From positions 15,190,001 through 15,254,000 of the forward strand of contig OZ336904.1 in assembly GCA_965287045.1 (NCBI GenBank): a stretch of 64,000 nt of DNA. Direction: 5' to 3'. The notes beneath the pieces were generated by a model, which was not told the DNA's origin, did not search any database, and saw only the letters and a program-made list of their open reading frames with translations. The DNA is from Carcharhinus amblyrhynchos. Its lineage: Eukaryota. A program made the translations under genes and the position numbers. Below, one piece after another: positions 12,490 through 24,109 of the stretch; the first letter of the stretch is position 1; the number at the start of each line of letters is the position of its first letter.

Positions 12490-13450
12490 CGTAGGAATGT
12501 GCCATTTAGCTCATCATGCCTGCTCTGCCATTTAATAACATGGTGGATCATCCGTTTCAATGTTTTTTCGCCAATCTCTTTACATCACTGGTATTCAGAA
12601 ATATGTCAGTTTATACCTTAAACATACTCTACGGCTGAGGCTCCATAAACCTCTGGGATAGACAATTCCAAAAATTCACCACTCTGAGTCAAAATATTTC
12701 TCCTCAATTCTGTCCAAAGTAGCTTCCCCTTCATTTTGAAATTGTGTCCCTAGATCCGGACTCACCAACCAGGGGAAACATCTTATCCACATCCATCCTG
12801 CCTATCCCCCTAATCCCCTTGACAGGTAATGGCATTACCATCACTGAATCCCCTACTATCAGCATTCTGGAGGTTACATTGACCAGAAACAGAACTGGAC
12901 TAACCAAATACAGTGGTAACCAGAGCTGGCCAAAGGCTAGGAATCCACTTTATGCATCCCTCCCTTTTTGAAAAAGGGGCGTCACATTGGCAGTTTTCCA
13001 ATCCTTCTCCAGCATCGAAGGATTTTTGGAAAAGTATAACCAATGCATCCACTGTCTCCGGAGCTACGTCTTTCAGTACCTTAGGATGCAAGCCATCAGA
13101 GACAGGGACTTATCTGCCTTGATCTGGTAGTTACAGGGAAAATATTTCCCCAGGCTAGAAATGAAGAACACATGGTCACAGGCCTTGAATAAAGGCCGAG
13201 CTATATAGGACCGAGATGAGGAAAGATTTCTGCACTCAAAGAACTGTGAATCTTTTGGAATTCTCTATTCAGACAGTTATGGATGCTCAGTCAATGAGTA
13301 TATTCATGGTAGAGATCAATAGATTTTTGAGTACAGGGGAATGAAGGAATTTGGGAGAGTTGAGGTAGGAGATCAGGCATGAATGTATTGAATGACAGAG
13401 CACACTAAAAAAGGATGATTGGCCCTGACTGTTCCTATTTCCTACATTCT
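12490..13450. mobile_element. Cluster of CR1/L2-type LINE fragments in both orientations
   Basis: CR1 tail (minus), HPKVLKDVAPETVDAL ORF2 piece, plus-strand CR1 3' end. Confidence 0.65.
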
Positions 13451-13662
13451 TAGGACCTGAGGACAACCCAAGGTGTTTTACAGCCAATGATAAAGTTACT
13501 GCGGTCATGCGAAGAGCAATATTCCAAAACTGTAAATGAATAAATGGCCAATTCATCAGGTCATGCTGTTTTAAAAATAAATATTGGGCATGACACAGAG
13601 TGCTCCTTCTTCAAATGGTGGAATGGGGTTGTATATATCCCGGCAAATGCGGCCTTGGTTTA

Positions 13663-13977
13663 AGAATCATAGAATCCATACAGTGCAGGTGGTCATTCGG
13701 CCCATTGAGCTTATTCTGATAACAATCCCACCCAGCCTCTACCCCTGTAACCCCAGGTATTTACCCTGCTAATCCCACTGACACTAAGGGGAAATTTGCA
13801 TATCCAATCCACCTAACCCACATATTTTTGTGAATTTGGGAAGAAGTTGCAGCACCCAGAGGAAACCAATGCAGACATGGGGAGATAGTACAAATTCCAC
13901 ACAGACAGTGACCTGAGGCTGGAATTGAACCCAGGTCCCTGGCGCTGAGAAGCAGCAGTGCTAACCACTATGCCGCC
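13663..13977 (-). mobile_element. V-SINE type A
   Basis: Full-length homology. Confidence 0.85.
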
Positions 13978-14298
13978 CTTTAACTTCACTCATGAAAGAC
14001 TACTTCTACCAATGTAGCATTACCTCAACACTGCCCATCTTGTGCGTTCAAGTTACAAAGTTTGAGCCCAGGACCTTCTCAGTGCACAGATTGTTGCCAA
14101 CTGAGTCAAGCTGACAAAACTTAAAATGAGAGAAGGCAAAGCAAAATAGAGAAGAGACAGAATTAAGACATACGAAACCATTTTATTTAGAAATCTCAAA
14201 GAGTGGCAGGTTCAGGAAGGACAAAAGGTACAGAGGAAAAAACAAACCAAAACAAAAATACGCTCTGGAGGGATGTCCTCAGCTTGTAAAATTCCTAC

Positions 14299-14412
14299 CT
14301 GACATAATCATTCCAAAGAAACTTCTTCCGTGGTCCCATGACTCTTCGTCCTGGCTTATCGTCATCTTCCTCTTCAGAGCCATTTTTGTCTCGTTCCTCT
14401 TCGGACGCCATT
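14299..14412 (-). CDS. UBN2: Ubinuclein exon 10 (MASEEERDKNGSEEEDDDKPGRRVMGPRKKFLWNDYVR)
   Basis: CTTTTCAG acceptor, AG|GTAGGA donor; 114 nt; GPRKKF.W motif. Confidence 0.95.
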
Positions 14413-14749
14413 CTGAAAAGACACCCAGTATGAAAGAGTGTGCTCTGGAAACCGGCATTTGCCCTCCGCTCCCGCCCACACCTCGCCAACCTTCCTTCTC
14501 CCTTAGTTCTAGAGGCTGCTGCTGTTGCTGCCCGTGCTCTGAAACATCCCCAGGTACAGACACTGACTGCGACCAATGGCTCTGACAGGGAGGAGGGCAG
14601 GAGTGCACTGAGCTTGTGCAGTCAGTGTATGTCTGGCATGTTGCAATGCAATCAAATGAAAATTAAATAGTGCAGCGAGAATCCATGCCCCCACTCCAAT
14701 AAATCAACACAAACTAATACCCTTTAATGGGCACACACCAACACCCTGC

Positions 14750-15430
14750 AACAGACCCGGAGATAAGGGATTTAAGGGTTCAGATACACAAATTACTAAA
14801 AGTTACTGCACAGGTACAAACATGTAACCAAGACTATTGGAATGGTGGCCTTTATCTCAACGGGCTGGAATACAATGGGGAGGAGGTTGCTGGCAAAGAC
14901 CCCAACTGGAGATCTGTATTCAGTTCTGGACACTAAACTGCAGGGAAACGATATCAGCCTCAGAGAAAATACAGTGCAATTTCACCTCTTAAGTAGGTGC
15001 AGGTACCTGGAGCTCAAAGGGTGCATAAACTTGACTTGTACCCCAGTTTAAAAAGATTGTGGGGTGATGTAATATACGGTCCTTGAAGTGAAACAATGAA
15101 TAAAACTGGTTTGTATTCTCTTTCGAGAAGATTGAGTAATGACCTGATGTTTGAAATGTTAAAAGGATTTGATTGGGTCGATACAGTGAAACTGTTTCCA
15201 CGGGTGGAGGAATCCAGATCAAGCGTGAACAGCCTTAAAATTAAATCGTTGCTGTTCAGGAGTGAAATACCGAAACACTTTCGTACACAAAGGGGAATAG
15301 AAAGATGGAACTCCCTCTTCCTCAGAAAGGTTGGCTGATACTGGTGTGTCAATTGGAGCTTTCAAGACTGGGGATAGATGTTTGTCGTGTCAGGATATCA
15401 AGGGATATGGAGCACAGGTAGCAAAGTGAT
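14750..15430 (+). mobile_element. Decayed CR1 ORF2 3' fragment
   Basis: RDLRVQIHKLLKV and GLYSL..RRL..DL..FEMLKGFD..D..KLFP motifs. Confidence 0.75.
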
Positions 15431-15892
15431 TTGATACTGAGTGGCTACACCTGATGCTACGTGATTAAACAACAGAAAGGGATTGCAATTATCACTGATA
15501 AAAAAAATCACCACTGTATACATGACATCGAGCTCTCCACCAGGAAATGCAGTACAATTTGACGCTGCTATCTATTTGCTCAGTTTGGTTTCAACACTTG
15601 TATAATACAACTGCTTTCAGAATTGAGTAACATCCTTGGTCCTGGGGCTGTGTGAACCTCCCAGTGTATATGGCACTGATTGACACTCATTCCCAAGGTG
15701 AAATCAAGTCTCTGTCCCCAGTGATTGCATTTAGTTCACATGAAGGACAGTTTGATGCCACAACTTGTCAGCCTGTGTGTGGCTGCAATTTGTTCACCAC
15801 TTCCCATTCCTTTCCCCACTTCATGTCTATTTCATATGGAATTGGAACAGTCAGGCCATTCGGCCCCTTCAGACTGCTCTGCTATTCGTGCA

Positions 15893-15965
15893 ACCCCAGT
15901 GGCCCAATGGATAAGGCACTGGCCTTCAAAGCCAGGGATTGTGTGTTCAAGTCCCATCTGGGGTG
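15893..15965 (+). tRNA. tRNA-Arg(CCT)-derived copy with anticodon TCA (opal-suppressor-like; probably pseudogene)
   Basis: 73-nt cloverleaf: acceptor ACCCCAG/CTGGGGT, anticodon stem CTGGC/GCCAG with loop CT-TCA-AA, T-loop TTCAAGT, TTTTT a few nt downstream; one mismatch each in D and T stems. Confidence 0.8.
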
Positions 15966-15979
15966 CTGATAATTTTTAT

Positions 15980-16313
15980 GGGTGGCAGGTGGCTCATTGG
16001 TTATCACAGCTGCTTCACAGCGACAGGGACCCAGGTTCAATTCTGGCCTTAAGTGACCATCTATGTGGAGTTTGCACATTCTGCCCATATCTGCATGGGT
16101 TTCCTCTGTATGTTCCAGTTTCCCCCCACAGACCAAAGAAGTGTAGGTTAGGTGGATTGGCCATCTAAATTGCCCCTCAAGTGTCCCAAGATGTGTAAAT
16201 TAGTGGGGTAAATACATGGGGTTATAGGGATAGGGCTTGGGTAAGATGTTCTGTTGAAGACAGTGCAGATTTGATAGGGCAATGGCCTCCATCTGTACTG
16301 TTTGGATTCTATG
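15980..16313 (+). mobile_element. V-SINE type A immediately downstream of the tRNA copy
   Basis: Full-length homology. Confidence 0.85.
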
Positions 16314-16689
16314 ACAAGATCATGCTGATTTGTTTGTGTTTGTCCTCATCTACCCTACTAACCTTCGATTCCCTTGTCTAACAACAACAATGTACACCTC
16401 TGCCTTAAAAAATATTCAATGGCCTCGCTTCCATTGTCTTATGAGGCAGCAAATTCCAAAATCTCACAGAAAATTCTCTTTATTTCTATCCTATTAGGAT
16501 GACTCCTGATTTTAAAACAGTGCGCCCTCATTCTGGACTCATCCACAAGAAGTCACATCCTCTCCAGCATTTTGGAAATGGCATAAGCCCTTGAAGTGGT
16601 TGGTGGGGAGGCGGTTCCCTTCATCCTGCATTCATGGTTATTCAGGTCTGTGACAATACTTCATCTACTCCTCCAGCTAAGATCTGCTG

Positions 16690-16990
16690 AGAAATCACCA
16701 ATGATGCATATTTCTATTTCTGCAACATTGCCTCCCTCAGCCTCACCTGCAGCTGAAACTGTCAGTCACATCTTTGTCATCTCCAGACTTCACTATTCTA
16801 ATGCTCTGCTGGCCAACCTCTGATCTATCACCCTCTGTAAAAGAACTCATCCAAAATCCTGCTGCCTGAAGTCTCACTCTCAGTAAATCCTGATCACCCA
16901 TCACCCTATGCATGCTGATTTACATTGGACCCCTAAGTCTGGTAATGTTTCAGTAGTTTTAGCCTGGTTTTCAAATCTCTGTACACCCTC
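16690..16990 (+). mobile_element. L2-clade LINE ORF2 fragment
   Basis: AETVSHIFVISRLHYSNALLANL resembles L2 SRLDY.N.LL motif. Confidence 0.7.
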
Positions 16991-17019
16991 ACTCTTCTCA
17001 TCTGCGCATTCTCCATCTC

Positions 17020-17178
17020 AAACCTCGACCAATCAGATTCCCCTTGTCAACCAATCAGCACCCCTTTTCTCATGTGGTATAAACTGTTGTTCCTTTTGAG
17101 ATTTGGTATCCTTGCGAATTTGTCCTGATGAGTACAAGATGAAAATCTTTGATGGTATGTCTCTATTTTTCTGCAATG
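17020..17178 (+). mobile_element. Penelope-like family B 3' fragment with hammerhead-like motif
   Basis: TGTC-CTGATGA-GTACAAGAT-GAAA; homologous to 35080-35345 (minus). Confidence 0.55.
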
Positions 17179-17195
17179 CTCAAAAACCAAATTGA

Positions 17196-17325
17196 TAGCA
17201 AAATATTGCAGATACTGGAATCTGAAACAAAAACAGAAAAGGCTGGAAAATCTCAGCAGGTCTGACAGCATCTATACAGAGAGAATAGAGCCAACGTTGA
17301 GTCTGGATGACTCTTCGTCAGAACC
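17196..17325 (-). mobile_element. Penelope-like family C 3' fragment
   Basis: CTGACGA-A-GAGTC/GACTC motif; related copies near 47193-47320, 56090-56190, 58740-58830, 63260-63371. Confidence 0.55.
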
Positions 17326-17519
17326 ATCAAATACCAAGTGACCATCTTGGTTTTCGCCTCCAGACCTGTAACTTTGGAGCTCCTCCAATTCTGTGCTCTA
17401 CTGCAGCCCTGATAGTTATCAACCACCAATGGCTGTTGTGGCTTGTGCTACTTAGATTTTAAACATGAGGGCTAAGATCTGGTCACTTGTCCCAGTACCT
17501 CATGTGATTCGGGTCAAAT

Positions 17520-17890
17520 CTAGAAACCAGCCTCCCATCCATTGACTCTGCCTATACTTCCTGCTGTCTCAGAAGAGCAGCCAGCATAATTAAGGACCCC
17601 ATGCACCACGGACATAGACTCTTACACCTTCTTTCATCGGGAAAAGATACAAAAGTCTGAGATCATGTACCAACTGACTCAAGAACAGCTTCTCCCCTGC
17701 TGCCATCAGGTTTTGAATGGACCTACCTTGTGTCAAGTTGATCTTTTTCTACATCCTAGCAATGACCATAACACTATATTCTGCACTCTCTTCTTTCCTT
17801 CTTTATGAACGATATGCGTCGACTGCAGAGCACGCAAGAAACAATTACTTTTCACTGTATCCCAATATATATGACAATAATAAATCAAAT
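17520..17890 (+). mobile_element. Rex1/Babar LINE 3' fragment
   Basis: Homologous to 34020-34385. Confidence 0.75.
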
Positions 17891-18380
17891 CTTGCCTGAT
17901 AAATGTTACCTTGCAATGATTTTAGATGCTTTATTATAGTATAGGTGTTATATAAATTAAAGTTGTTGTTAGACCAAATTGATCTTGCTGACTCAATGCT
18001 AACTAAATGTGGCTTTCTCCTGATGGTTCCAGCACAGCCTGTTTGAAAGGGTGTAGGACTGAGCCCAGAATGATTCACTTTACAATTTTCCTCGTGGAGA
18101 AACATTTGTCTCCTCTTGCAGGGCAGCCACAAAAAGAACCACTGGTCTGAACTTCTGCTTTAACTGTTTAACAAGAGCACCAGAGCTCCAGGCTGCTAAG
18201 CTAAATTTTAGAATAAAGATCTCAGAGGTGTAAGAAAAAAAAACCTCAGGATAAACCAATGAATCCTACCAACCTATTACAGATTATACAATTCATTATG
18301 ACTTTTCTGGTCCAGCACTTGTGTCTGGGAGAGCACTTGGAAGAAAACAATTGGAAAAGAGGGCTGAGGAGTGCACATAC

Positions 18381-18499
18381 TTGGCAAACCGGGCCTGTGT
18401 ATGTGCTTGCAGTTCCTCCTGGTATTTTATCAGCTGAGCCGGCATCACATTTGCCACTGCTTCCTTCAGCTTCTGTGTCGGATCCCGTAACCGCTCGTC
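18381..18499 (-). CDS. UBN2: Ubinuclein exon 9 (DERLRDPTQKLKEAVANVMPAQLIKYQEELQAHTQARFAK)
   Basis: CCTTCCCAG acceptor, AA|GTATGT donor; 119 nt. Confidence 0.95.
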
Positions 18500-18539
18500 C
18501 TGGGAAGGCAACACAGCCATTGAGAAAAGAAAGTAACTC

Positions 18540-18960
18540 ACATTTCTATCGCAACTTTCAGAACTTCAGGATGTCTCAAAGCGCTTCAGAGCCAATAAAG
18601 TCATTTTGAAGAGTAGCATTTACTGTTGCAATATACGAAGAGCAGCAGTCAATTTGTGCACAGCAAGTTCCCACAAACAGCAAAGCAATAATCATTGATT
18701 TGGCGATGTCAGCTGCAGAATTAAAAGTGGCCAAGAGAACCAAGTGCTCTTTTGAATAGTATCATGGGTTCTTTCATGTTACCTGAGACAGATGAGGCCT
18801 TGATTGAATTGTTTATTTTAAACACAACATCTCTGACAGTGCAGCAAATATTGCACTGCAGTGTCAGTGTCGATTATGTGCTCAAGTCTCGGGTGTGGGG
18901 TTTGAATTCACAGCCAACTGACTCAGAAGAAAGAGTGCTATGCACTGTGCCATGGAGTTA
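18540..18960 (-). mobile_element. DeuSINE/SacSINE1-like copy
   Basis: Homology to 6690-7105. Confidence 0.6.
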
Positions 18961-20189
18961 GAAGTTTTAATCTGCATAGGAGTCTATCTCCTTCTGGTGT
19001 TGTACATAAAAATTATATGTAGTTGTCAGATTTAGCAAGATTGAGAGATGGATAATAAGTGGACCAGGGTGAGCAGACATAATCCACCCCCATTTTAAAA
19101 TCATACACTTTACACTTGAGAGTACTCTCATTTTAGTTACAATTAAAGAGCTCAACTTATGGCAATTCACAAAGCGGACTTTCTCTCCAGCATAGCCCAA
19201 GGAATGGAGGAATGCAAACTTTTGGTCTCACAGGGGGCAGATGCAATTACAACGTGACAGGTTTACACAGAAAAATTCCACAATAGACGCAGACATGGGA
19301 ATTTATAAAGATAACACCACAATGACATTGAGAGACAGTAAGGTTTTTCAGCTGGGAAGTACATTTTAACATTTTGTAGATAAAGCTGCCAAGTCTAAAT
19401 GACGGCCAACATGGGGATTGGGGGCTCTAACTAAACAGCCTTTCACACCTCAGTGAAACATCTCTTCCTCTGCTTGGTTCCTGTGTTTGAATTTCACAGA
19501 TCTAATGATCTGGAAAGGGATGTGCTCACTACAGCTCCCTCACTGAAAAAAGAACTTTACATTAGACCCACAAACAATGTTAAGGAAAAGATGGAAGAGG
19601 CAGGACTTTTACTTTGTCAACATTTGATCAAACTTTGGTGAACTGAGCAGTGGCATTCAATTTATCACCACAGCTTGTGTGAGATCCACAGGGCTCAATA
19701 CTCAGCTCAGTTGTCACAAGACGACAGAAAGCTGGTCACTCCTTGCAACAAGACATAAATCACAGCTATACTTAGCTGTCCACTCCCTCCTCTAGTGTAC
19801 AGTGGGAGGTGGAAATGGCTCTTTTTTATCTCCCTGAGAAAGTTCCCTGGCATTTAGGCTCTACAGCCTCCTCTTGTAGTTCATGGGATATTCCTGGGAT
19901 ACAGACCAGCTCAGGACAGTTAATACTATGCTGCTCGCTAACACCACACTTGGAATGAGAAAAGGGAGCGGTCAGAGCCTGTAAGTTTGGAATCCACTTC
20001 CTTGACCCACCCGAGGCCAATTAAAATGCCCCTATCGTTGCTCATCACCTCTGCAAGACTGGAAATCAAAAGCTGGAACCTGCTGGCCTGTCGGACTGAC
20101 ATGTTATTCTTGTCCCATTTATCTCTGGGTCAGAGAGTTTGGAAAGTGAGAACACAAATTCTGCACACTAGCTCTCCAGTTCTTTTTAC

Positions 20190-20319
20190 CTGCTCATTGA
20201 GGTGCAGCTTCTTCAGGCGTTTCATTAGTGTGTCCTTGCTGCAGGGCAAGAAGGAGGCCAGGAAACCATATACTCCTGAACGCAGTGTCACATTCAACTC
20301 CTGTACCTGTAGTTCAATG
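20190..20319 (-). CDS. UBN2: Ubinuclein exon 8 ([43 protein letters not shown])
   Basis: CTCTCTGCAG acceptor, CAG|GTAAAA donor; 130 nt. Confidence 0.95.
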
Positions 20320-20659
20320 CTGCAGAGAGAGACAGATGGATACGCAGACGCGACTATTAGCAACAAGAACGACAAAGCCGGCATATAAACTCCTGCCACC
20401 ACTGTTTGCTCTTTCCTTCCAAAACTAAAACTTGACATCCTGAAGCCTTGACTCACGATGCCAGTGCTGACACACGTGTTAGATCACATGCACTAGATTT
20501 GCCACAGGATGCACGAAGTCATCATTCAGTAAATGAACAGTCTTGTCTTCATTCTCAGTTTCGTCCATTATCTGTTATACTTTCATCAACGCCAACACCC
20601 CCCACACCCCGAGCCTGTTCTGCCATTCAATCAGATCATGCCTGATTCTCTTTTTATCA

Positions 20660-20932
20660 TAAAGTTTATTTATTAGTCACAAGTAAGGTTTGCATTAACA
20701 ATGCAATGAAGTTACTGTGAAATTCCCCTTGTTGCCATAATCGGGCACCCATTTGGGTCAAAGCACCTAACCAGCATGTCTTTCAGAATGTGGGAGGGAA
20801 CCAGAACACCCGGAGAAAACCCACGCAGACACAGGGAGAACATGCAAACTCCACAGACAGTCATCCAAGCTGGGAATCGAGCCCAGGTCCCTGATGATGT
20901 GAAGCAGCAGTGCTAACCACTGTGCTACCATG
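20660..20932 (-). mobile_element. V-SINE type B
   Basis: Homology. Confidence 0.85.
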
Positions 20933-21065
20933 TGGGAATTTGCCTCGAATCTACCCACTGCTTTGGGAATTACACTCCAAAATTCTATCCACTTTTCTTA
21001 GAAAACTGCATAAGCAGAAGTCTTTATCCTTGTTTTCAGAAATCTGAAGAAAGCAGAATACTTAC

Positions 21066-21136
21066 TCCAGCAGGATGGCGTTAATCTCCGGGGTGAAGAA
21101 TTTCTTCTTTCCTTCTCCTTCAGAGACCTTGCCAGC
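21066..21136 (-). CDS. UBN2: Ubinuclein exon 7 (AGKVSEGEGKKKFFTPEINAILLD)
   Basis: TTTATCCAG acceptor, GA|GTAAGT donor; 71 nt; conserved KFFT..IN.ILLD. Confidence 0.94.
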
Positions 21137-22329
21137 CTGGATAAACACAGTTACAGTATTAAATATACGGCCTGAAATATAATCATGTCTGGGTATAAAT
21201 CATCCACGTCACACAGTTAGAATCTGGTTTGTATTGCATTGCACATAGACGGTGAGTCAAGGTGGAGTATGCAGTTAGGATGTGGAATGATAAACTGTGT
21301 ATCAGGAAGTATATGTACAGCAAATACACCACTGCAAAATGTACAGAATCACAGGACGGTTATGTCTGTGCTGGTTCTCTGAAAGAACAATTCAGAGTGC
21401 CACCCCCTTTTTGCCTGGTTCCACATGCACTTCCTTTCCACAGTCCTGATTGAGTTTGCCTTCAGCACACTCTCAGGCAGGGCAGTCCAAATTCTAACAA
21501 CTCACCCAATCGCTTCTTCTGGTAAAACGACCTGAAATCTATGCGCTCCGATTCTCGATCCATGCAATCACTACAGTGCAGGGCACCGTCATTCAGCCTA
21601 TTGAGTCTACACCAAGTCTCTGAATGAGCATCTTACCAAGGGCCAATATTTTAGATGCCCAACATCATCTTCACTCACAAATGGAGGGAGTGATGTAAGG
21701 TTTTGAATGTGGACTCGAGGAAGAATACGTAATAAACGGTAATGACCTGGAACATTTAATGCACTAGGATGATTGAAGTGGTGACGATTGATAATTTCAA
21801 AAGGGAATGGGACGGGCACTTGAGAGAAATAAACTTGCGGGATTATGGGAATAGAGCAGGGAATGGGGTAGACTGGATTGGTCCCTCGTGACTCACATGG
21901 GTGCAACGGGCTGAATGGTCTCCTTCTGTGCCATGATGATTCCATGATAAATGTCTTACTTTTGCCTTTTTCTTTGAAGAGATATGTCAGCTTTCTTCCC
22001 TCCATTTTCAAGCACTACCCTTGTAGTGGAAGAGTTCCAACATGAAGGTCAGGTCAGTGATTTCCCCCAAACGTTCTGAAGCATTCTTGATCAGTTCTAC
22101 CTGCTATTTTGTGAATATTCAAGTCCTTCAGGTTTCTCAGGATCCTTTTCTTCCTGCTCTTCACTTGCCCATAAGTTCAAATATGTTGTTTGTGGAGCAC
22201 GAGGCCATTCAGACTAAGAGGTTTAGCATTAATTTCTTGTCTGCATTGATTCAGTGTTTCTCAGGCAGATAGCTAAGCTGGCACTAAGCGGGTTGAGCGT
22301 TTGCAATGTTTTTTGCAGTAGTTTAAGTC

Positions 22330-22632
22330 TTTTTAAAGTTTTAAAGTTAAAATTTATTTATTTGTGTCACAACTAGGCTTACATTAACACTATAATGAAG
22401 TTAATGTGAAAATTCTCTAGTTGCCACATTCCAATGTCTGTTCTGCTACACAGAGGGAGAATTTAGTATGGCCTTTCAGACTGTGGGAGGAAACTGGAGC
22501 ACCCGGAGGAAACCCACGCAGATACAGGGAAGAACGTGCAGACTCTGTGCAGACAGTGACCCAAGCCAGGAATCAAACCCGGTCCCTGGCGCTGTGAGGC
22601 AGCAGTGCAAATCACTGTGCCATCATGCTGCC
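22330..22632 (-). mobile_element. V-SINE type B
   Basis: Homology. Confidence 0.83.
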
Positions 22633-22681
22633 TACAGTGCCAGTTGGACAGTGTTGTCTAATGGTAACTAGCCACAGGTAA

Positions 22682-23300
22682 ACATAAGAACATAAGAAGT
22701 AGGAGCAGGAGTAGGCCATCTAGCCCTTCGAGCCTGCCCCGCCATTCAATAAGATCATGGCTGATCTGAAGTGGCTCAGTTCCACTTTCCCTCTTTCTCC
22801 CCATAACCCTCAATTCCCTTGCCTACCAAAAACCTATCAACCCGTGACTTTAATATATTTAGCGAGGTAGCCTCCACCACTTCAGTGGGCAGAGAATTCC
22901 AGAGATTCACCACCCCCTTATCTTGAGGCTGTGCCCTCTAGTCCTGCTGTCCTTTCTGAGCAGGAAGAATCTCTCTACCTCTACCCTATCCATCCCCTTC
23001 ATTATCTTATACGTCTCCATAAGATCTCCCCTCATCCTTCTAAACTCCAACGAGTACAGACCCAGTCTATTTAAGTCTCTCTTCATAGTCCAACCCCCTC
23101 ATCTCCGGTATCAGCCTAGTGAACCTCCTCTGCACTCCCTCCAAGGCCAAAATATCCTTGCGCAAGTGCGGCAACTAAAACTGCACACAGTACTCCAGCT
23201 GCGGCCTCACCAGTGCCCTGTAGAGTTGCAGCAAGACCTCCCTGCTTTTATATTCTATCCCCCTCGCTATAAAGGCCAGCATCCCATTCGCCTTCTTGAT
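22682..23300 (-). mobile_element. Young CR1 3' fragment with small internal deletion
   Basis: [40 protein letters not shown]; (TTCTTATG)n tail. Confidence 0.92.
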
Positions 23301-24109
23301 CATGAAGATGTAAAGATGTAAGTGAAGATGTAACACTATTTTTGTCACATGTATTACATTTTGTTGAGAACAGCTGAGGCACAGCTGCCAAAGAAGCAAA
23401 CAGGAACCTTGACTTTATTGCATGCTATTTAAAGGATAGAAACAGGCCAAGTGACTTAACAGGCCAACGCTGGCATGTATATTCCCATCCTGTGTTTATG
23501 GAACACCCCCTTGAATCATTCCTGTTCACCACAACCACTCCTTGTTGTAGTCAGTTTCACATTCAAAACAATTGTGTTGGGTAAAGGAGCTTCTGAGTTC
23601 CATTAGATTGAAGAGTGATCATCTTACATTCAAAAGTAAAATGCTCCCTTGTTCTAGACTCTCCTGCAAATGGAAAATCTTCCCTATTAAACTTTTTCAT
23701 AATGTTAAAGGTTTAAATTAGGTCACCTCTCGGTCTTCTCCCCACTAGAGTAAAGCATCCCACCCTGTTCAATCTTTCCTGACAGGTATAACTTCTTATT
23801 TTTGGATATCATCCTCATAAATTATCTTTTGTATCATCTCCAGTGCCTCAAATTCCTTATTCTAATTTATAGAACAAGACTATTCACAATGCTCCAAAGT
23901 TTTTTCTAACCAGTTTCAGATATGTTTAACATACCTATCCCGTTCGAATGAATCACAGTGGTTTATTTGCTTTTTGTTATGGCCCTATAGAGTCACAGAG
24001 TTGAGAAGGAAGGAAGTGGTGGTAAACCTTTTTAAATTAGTGGTCAGACCTCAGCAAGGGTGTTGTGTCCAAATCAGGGCATCACACTTTAGGGATATAG
24101 TTTGAAAAA

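Noticed and set aside
15893-15965. Selenocysteine tRNA (TCA anticodon)
   Set aside because: 73 nt with a short variable loop and 7/5 fold; body is Arg(CCT)-type
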